A DNA stretch of 64,000 nucleotides from an uncultured Bacilli bacterium. GTDB lineage: Bacteria > Bacillota_I > Bacilli_A > RF39 > UBA660. Below the pieces are notes generated by a model. The model had not been told where the DNA came from and searched no databases. It was given only the letters and a program-made list of their open reading frames with translations. Location: assembly GCA_910588195.1 (NCBI GenBank), contig CAJUPN010000004.1, forward strand, positions 88,290-152,289, given 5' to 3'. Positions 58,839 through 64,000 of this stretch are shown piece by piece. The position numbers and the translations under genes were made by a program. Every line of letters begins with the position of its first letter. Position 1 is the stretch's first letter.

Positions 58839-59375
58839 TTATTCTCCACATCCTGACTTAAAATTTGAAGTGTAACCTTCTGTCACATAATAACCTTCTT
58901 CGTTTATACTATAATCTATTGAAATATGTATAGTACAATCTGCTGGAACGTGACAATTTTTATCTTTTTTTAGAATCTCTCCACCAAGTTCTTCTCCAGC
59001 ATAGTGACAATTTTTATCATAATATCCTTCTTTTACTAAAAAACGCATGTTTACATCAATACCTCCATGATCTATAACATAAAGCTTTAAATCATATGGA
59101 CTAAATACATCATTTTTTTTATAGGTATGACCATTTATTAATTTTAAAGTTTCATTACCTTGGTATGTATATTCCTTAATTCCCATATCAAGATCAGTCA
59201 TATACATCTCTCCAGCATCTAAAACTCCTTGTTTATCAAACTTTTTAAGCATAGTTTTTCCATTTCTTAAAGCTTCTAACATCGTAGGCATCACTAATAT
59301 TGCAACTACACCAATTATACTCAATACTGCTAATAACTCAACTAAAGTAAAACCTTTATTCTTCATACATTTCAT
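58839..59375 (-). CDS. Type IV pilin / pseudopilin-like protein with prepilin-type N-terminal cleavage and methylation motif
   Basis: MKCMKNKGFTLVELLAVLSIIGVVAILVMP is the canonical G|FTLxE class III signal plus hydrophobic helix. The ORF-track start at 59462 is probably over-extended. Confidence 0.65.
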   Translation of the reverse strand: MKCMKNKGFTLVELLAVLSIIGVVAILVMPTMLEALRNGKTMLKKFDKQGVLDAGEMYMTDLDMGIKEYTYQGNETLKLINGHTYKKNDVFSPYDLKLYVIDHGGIDVNMRFLVKEGYYDKNCHYAGEELGGEILKKDKNCHVPADCTIHISIDYSINEEGYYVTEGYTSNFKSGCGE

Positions 59376-59961
59376 CACATTCCTTACTATATAAACATCC
59401 ACAATAATCTTGACGATATAAATTATATTGCTTAGCAAATTCACAACTTTTTTTATACCCATCTCTCTTTTTAAAATCCGAATATAAATATTTTATTCCT
59501 AAATTACTTCCTATACTACCACCTATTTTATTTATTAACTGACTGTCTTTATGAGGAGAAACTGTCAAAGTTGTTCCAAAATAATCAAATCCAAGCCTTT
59601 TAGCCATATTAGCTGTATATTTTAGTCTAATACCAAAACATACACTACATCTTTTTCCACCTTCTAATTCTTTAGTTAAATATTTTGTAGTATCTACCCA
59701 CAAATCATTATCATAATCACAATCTAAATACTTTATATTCCACTCTTTAAGTAACCTAACTTGTTCATTCTTTCGATGAATATATTCATCGATTGGTTCA
59801 ATATTGGGATTATAATAAACTACAGTAATATCAAAATACTCTTTTAATCGATCAATACATGCCGATGAACATGGTCCACAACAACTATGCAATAATATAC
59901 TCTTTTTTTCTGTTAATGAATTTATAATATTCATCATCATATTATCATAATTTATTTTCAT
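59356..59961 (-). CDS. queH: Epoxyqueuosine reductase QueH (DUF208)
   Basis: LLHSCCGPCS...C..C Cys motifs and the conserved C-terminal CGC. About 200 aa. Confidence 0.8.
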   Translation of the reverse strand: MKINYDNMMMNIINSLTEKKSILLHSCCGPCSSACIDRLKEYFDITVVYYNPNIEPIDEYIHRKNEQVRLLKEWNIKYLDCDYDNDLWVDTTKYLTKELEGGKRCSVCFGIRLKYTANMAKRLGFDYFGTTLTVSPHKDSQLINKIGGSIGSNLGIKYLYSDFKKRDGYKKSCEFAKQYNLYRQDYCGCLYSKECDEMYEE

Positions 59962-59963
59962 AA

Positions 59964-60725
59964 TTACTGCTCACTTTTTTCTGTTGTTGGCTCTTCTGTT
60001 GTTGGCTCATACTTTTTAAAAAAGTAGTTTTCCTCTGTCCCATCTAAATAAAGAGTACCATTAGATGTTATTTTATTAGTAGCTATTATATCTAAATATT
60101 TATTTAAAGACTTTAATCTTTTAGCATTTATATATACCATATTCTTATCGTTCATTGATAGTAAAAAACGATACTCATCAATAACTTGATTTTGACTATT
60201 ATAGGAGGGCTTATATTCAATATCATTTATCATATATAAAATTCCATCATCTAATCCTCCTAGACTCTTAGCTAAAGTTTTCATTATTTCATCAGGTGTC
60301 GTATTTAATAATGTAGGGATTCCAATTAAATTATCATCATAAATATCAATTAATGAACCATCGCTTAATGCAACCTTATCTTCTAATTTTACTAAAAACA
60401 TTGGTCTATTTTCTTCTATTTCAATTTCTAAAACAAAATTCCATTTATAATTTATTTTAGCACTTTTAACGTAAGGATTTTTTTCTAATTCTTTACTTAA
60501 TTTTTTAGGACTTACAGCCGCAAATGATGGGTATTCATTCAGACCTAACTCTCTAATTATTTCAATATCAGAAAGAACTTTATTTCCCTTAATATCAAAA
60601 TGCCTTATAGGTTCTTTATAAATCCTAATTCCTAAACAAACAATTATATAAATTATAAGTACAAAAACTAGAGTTCTAGCTATATTAAACTTCTTTTTAG
60701 TCTTTTTCTTTTCTCTAGTTTCCAT
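59964..60725 (-). CDS. ftsQ: Cell division protein FtsQ/DivIB (POTRA domain)
   Basis: N-terminal basic region, a single TM helix and a POTRA-like region. Located downstream of murG as in dcw clusters. Confidence 0.7.
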   Translation of the reverse strand: METREKKKTKKKFNIARTLVFVLIIYIIVCLGIRIYKEPIRHFDIKGNKVLSDIEIIRELGLNEYPSFAAVSPKKLSKELEKNPYVKSAKINYKWNFVLEIEIEENRPMFLVKLEDKVALSDGSLIDIYDDNLIGIPTLLNTTPDEIMKTLAKSLGGLDDGILYMINDIEYKPSYNSQNQVIDEYRFLLSMNDKNMVYINAKRLKSLNKYLDIIATNKITSNGTLYLDGTEENYFFKKYEPTTEEPTTEKSEQ

Positions 60726-60740
60726 AACTTACCTCCTTAA

Positions 60741-61832
60741 TTACTTTATTATCTTCTTTATTTCATTATATATTATAGTTGCTGAATCATCTATATTTAA
60801 TTTACTTAAATTATTTTTTATTTCCTTCTGTCTACTACTATTATTAATAATACTATCTATTTTTTCTTCAAGAGATTTCTTATTCAATTTATCTTCTTCA
60901 ATCATTTCCCCAGAATTTGATTCTATAATAGATAAAGCATTATAGTACTGGTGATTATTAGCAACATAAGGACTTGGAATAAGTACTGATGGTACACCTA
61001 AAGCTGTAATCTCTGCAATACTTGATGCTCCTGCACGACAAACAATTAAATCAATATCTTTCATAAGACCACTTAAGTTATCTATATATGGCTCTATAAA
61101 AACATTTTTAGGAAATTTATTTTTTTTGAATTCTTCATAATAAGTCTTTCCTGTAACATAAAGTATTTCGTAATTATACTTTGAAGCATTATTCAAATAA
61201 TCAAGTAACTTTTCATTAATTGCCTTACTACCTAATGAACCATTAAATATTAAAACACTCTTTTTATTTGTACTTAATCCATAACTTGTTTTAGAAATCT
61301 TCTTTTTCTTTAAAGCTCCCTCAGAAACTGGATTGCCTGTTAAAACTACATTACTATGTTTAACTTGCTTTATAGAATCTTTAAAACTAACTCCTACACA
61401 ATCAACCATCTTTAAAAGACTTTTATTAGCCTTCCCTACAATACTATTTTGTTCATGAATAAATGATGGCACATGGCACTTTTTAGCTGCTCTAATAACT
61501 GGATAAGTTACATAACCTCCAACTCCTATAACAACATCTGGTTTAAATTCTTTAATAATACTTTCACACTTTTTTATTGCCGAAGCAATCAAAAAAATAT
61601 TTTTTACATTTCTCCCCATTAATTTTGGTGAAGTCGATAAACCATAAATCTCAATAGGGATATATTTAATTCCTCTTTTAGGAACAATATCTTTTTCCAT
61701 TCTATTATGGGTCCCAATATAGATAAATTCTGACTTTGGTTCCATTTCTTTTATTTTATCAACAATTGCTAATGCTGGGTAGATATGTCCGCCCGTTCCT
61801 CCAGCTGTAATAATTACACGCATAATCATCAC
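60741..61832 (-). CDS. murG: Undecaprenyldiphospho-muramoylpentapeptide beta-N-acetylglucosaminyltransferase MurG
   Basis: MRVIITAGGTGGHIYPALAI... N-terminus. GT28 fold throughout. Confidence 0.9.
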   Translation of the reverse strand: MMIMRVIITAGGTGGHIYPALAIVDKIKEMEPKSEFIYIGTHNRMEKDIVPKRGIKYIPIEIYGLSTSPKLMGRNVKNIFLIASAIKKCESIIKEFKPDVVIGVGGYVTYPVIRAAKKCHVPSFIHEQNSIVGKANKSLLKMVDCVGVSFKDSIKQVKHSNVVLTGNPVSEGALKKKKISKTSYGLSTNKKSVLIFNGSLGSKAINEKLLDYLNNASKYNYEILYVTGKTYYEEFKKNKFPKNVFIEPYIDNLSGLMKDIDLIVCRAGASSIAEITALGVPSVLIPSPYVANNHQYYNALSIIESNSGEMIEEDKLNKKSLEEKIDSIINNSSRQKEIKNNLSKLNIDDSATIIYNEIKKIIK

Positions 61833-61930
61833 CTCTAATATAATTATATAATATTTATTCCAAAAAATAATAATAAAGTAAAGTAATTATGTAAAGAAAA
61901 AAGAAAATACTTAAGTATTTTCTTCATTTC

Positions 61931-62827
61931 TTATTTTAAAGTATATTTTGTTCCATTTTCATACTCTAAAAATGCTTCTCTTATCTCTTTCTCATAAGAT
62001 TTTAATGTTTTAATTTCAAATAAGCAAAACATATTAATATATTCTTTTGAAGCATTTTGATATTCACGATATAATTTTAAAACATCCCAATGATTTTTAA
62101 ATTCATTGCCAAAGCTTAAAGAAATTTCTGAACACCCAAGTTCTCCATAATAATCATTTTCAAAATCGACATTTGGTTCGAAACACAAAATATCATCTTC
62201 TTGCGATTCAATTGTATAATAAAGTAAATTCTTATGTCTTAATAACACTGTATTTCTTGCTGGATCTAAAAGAAACACATTTTTATCATTCGATACATAA
62301 ACAACTGTATGATTATCATCTATTGGTTTATCTTCTCCTTTTTTATAAGTCTTTCCTACTACAACTTTAGCATCATATCCCATAGAGGAAAAAACATCTG
62401 CCATATTAAAAGCAATATGTAATGAATTAGCTCTATCAACTGCCACATTTGCACCAAAAATTGGTGGAATCTCTATATTATCATCTAAATCAGAAAAAGA
62501 TTCTAAACTAAAACACCCTTTTTCAAGCATTGTTTCATAAATAGCAAAATCTCTCAAAATATCTCTTTCTTCATTAACACTAATTATTTTATCAGCAATT
62601 TTTCCCACATAATTATAATAACTTGTAGTAAGATTATCCAATTCAGGATCTATACCATCAGCTTCTGTTTCTTTAGAAACTTTATAATCATTTATTAATG
62701 AAGATACCGAGCTACTTGCAATGCCAAAGAATAGAACTCCTGCAAGCAAATATGGAAAAGATCGATGAAACTTATCCATAAAATCCATAAAATCCCCTCG
62801 TTTCGAGTAAATATTATAGCATACCAA
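61931..62827 (-). CDS. Hypothetical membrane-anchored protein
   Basis: 298 aa with an N-terminal TM helix. No recognisable motif. Confidence 0.4.
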   Translation of the reverse strand: MVCYNIYSKRGDFMDFMDKFHRSFPYLLAGVLFFGIASSSVSSLINDYKVSKETEADGIDPELDNLTTSYYNYVGKIADKIISVNEERDILRDFAIYETMLEKGCFSLESFSDLDDNIEIPPIFGANVAVDRANSLHIAFNMADVFSSMGYDAKVVVGKTYKKGEDKPIDDNHTVVYVSNDKNVFLLDPARNTVLLRHKNLLYYTIESQEDDILCFEPNVDFENDYYGELGCSEISLSFGNEFKNHWDVLKLYREYQNASKEYINMFCLFEIKTLKSYEKEIREAFLEYENGTKYTLK

Positions 62828-62874
62828 GTATTAGTGGTCAAATTTCAAAAAAAGAAACTTTATATTAAGTTTCA

Positions 62875-63915
62875 CTAATTAGCTAAATAATAAGCATAAT
62901 ATTCATCATAAGTTATTCCTTCATTATAAACTTTAGTTGCAAGCTCTTCTCCTAAATATCTATAATGCCATGATTCATAATTAAATCCTGTAATCTTTTT
63001 TTTACCATCAGGATACCTTAAAATAAAACCATATTTATGAGCATTATTAATTAACCATTCATAAGCTTTTGAATTTTTAAAAGTTGAAGCTACAGTACTA
63101 TCTTTTGAATAAATATCTAAAGATAAGCCTGTTTGGTGTTCTGAATATCCTGGGCGAGCTGCAATACTATCAGCATAGTTTGTCCCTTTCGATTCTTGAT
63201 AATCATTATAAACTTGTACTTGTGAATCATAATCTCGATAAGCTGACACAATAATCAAATAGATTCCTTCCTCATGAGCAGCACTCCACATTCTTTTAAA
63301 AGCTTCATAAACTTCACTTCTTATCTTCTTTGCTTCCCCATAATAATACTTTATTGAAACATCTACTAAATCATCAGGAACATAATCACTCCCAAGCTCA
63401 TAATATTTATTACATAAAATACTGTAACCTAAAGAAAGATCAGTTTTCTTAGTATCGGTATAATAAGGCTTATCTGTATTTGTATTAACTAAAGCGACAA
63501 TTTCATCATAATCATATCCATCAGTTCCACGGTATTTAAAAAAATCATCTTCTTTTGTTATTACTTGCCCTAAATAACCATCCAAATTTTTAAACATAAA
63601 ATATTTACATTTTAGAAATTCTGGTATAAATTCATTATATTGATAAGTTAAGATAGCTTTTTCTTCTTCATCATTTAATTTATCTAATATTAGTTTTACA
63701 GCATCTTCACCATAACCCAATTGTAAAAAAGCATACTCATTAGTTTTAGTATATAAATACTCCTGATACTTATTCCAAGCAACAGGAATAAATAAAGAAC
63801 AAAAAACAATTATAACAAGAAAAACTTTAACAGCTGGTTTTAATCGATAAACTTTTTTTCTAGTCATATATATCATCCTTAATATAATTATATCCCATAA
63901 TAATCTTTTACTCAA
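62875..63915 (-). CDS. M15B-family D-alanyl-D-alanine carboxypeptidase (VanY-like), membrane-anchored
   Basis: N-terminal TM helix. Zinc-site motifs SAYRDYDSQ, GYSEHQTGLSLDI and ESWHYRY. Confidence 0.75.
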   Translation of the reverse strand: MSKRLLWDIIILRMIYMTRKKVYRLKPAVKVFLVIIVFCSLFIPVAWNKYQEYLYTKTNEYAFLQLGYGEDAVKLILDKLNDEEEKAILTYQYNEFIPEFLKCKYFMFKNLDGYLGQVITKEDDFFKYRGTDGYDYDEIVALVNTNTDKPYYTDTKKTDLSLGYSILCNKYYELGSDYVPDDLVDVSIKYYYGEAKKIRSEVYEAFKRMWSAAHEEGIYLIIVSAYRDYDSQVQVYNDYQESKGTNYADSIAARPGYSEHQTGLSLDIYSKDSTVASTFKNSKAYEWLINNAHKYGFILRYPDGKKKITGFNYESWHYRYLGEELATKVYNEGITYDEYYAYYLAN

Positions 63916-64000
63916 CTAATGGAAAAAGAATGTGTCAAGTATCACAAAACAAAAAAAGGATGATAAACATCCTTTATACTTAAATTAATTAACTGCGTCT

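Noticed and set aside
22108-62370. Numerous 60-80-aa ORFs embedded antisense in large genes (for example 1420..1617, 22108..22341, 24613..24828, 25898..26128, 29724..29906, 31811..32011, 35827..36039, 36862..37077, 37243..37440, 37765..37992, 39049..39282, 41851..42057, 42084..42302, 49686..49928, 52168..52350, 62173..62370)
   Set aside because: All lie wholly inside longer, well-supported CDSs on the opposite strand or in alternative frames. They are expected by chance in 27%-GC DNA. No RBSs were seen.
1-64000. CRISPR arrays, rRNA genes, additional tRNAs
   Set aside because: No regularly spaced short direct repeats and no rRNA-like GC-rich blocks were seen. Only one tRNA-like cloverleaf (45637..45713) was found by eye.

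Overview
This is a very AT-rich (about 27% GC) chromosomal segment from a low-GC, apparently spore-forming Firmicute (Clostridia- or Erysipelotrichia-like). Most genes lie on the minus strand. The housekeeping backbone is: mutL, yqeH, yqeG, an NfnAB-like oxidoreductase pair, a cyclophilin, two LtaS-family enzymes, an MMPL transporter with a divergent TetR regulator, sepF and divIVA, a LOG-family gene with glyQS, priA, a Y-family polymerase with a YolD-like gene, tRNA-Ala, ylxM and ftsY, queH, ftsQ/divIB, murG and a VanY-type carboxypeptidase.

Two mobile elements stand out.

1. The sporulation sigma factor gene sigK is split into 5' and 3' halves by a compact, roughly 3.8 kb skin-like intervening element. 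The element encodes a SpoIVCA-like large serine recombinase and a protein with a SleB/CwlJ-type cortex-lytic domain. The junction can be rebuilt in frame by recombination across a 5-bp AAATG core.

2. A roughly 7.9 kb element is integrated at the 3' end of tRNA-Ala(UGC) and is flanked by 26-bp direct repeats. It encodes a tyrosine integrase, a small HUH-type rolling-circle Rep, a Zot/pI-family assembly ATPase, several small well-translated membrane peptides that look like coat proteins, a pIII-like anchored protein and a hairpin-rich intergenic region. This fits an integrated filamentous (inovirus-like) prophage of a Gram-positive host.

Other notable features are a 2399-aa surface protein with a near-perfect 787-bp internal duplication, a sortase B cassette directly upstream of sigK, an orphan type-IV-pilin-like gene, and paralogous small secreted cysteine-containing membrane proteins. 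No CRISPR array or rRNA gene was seen.
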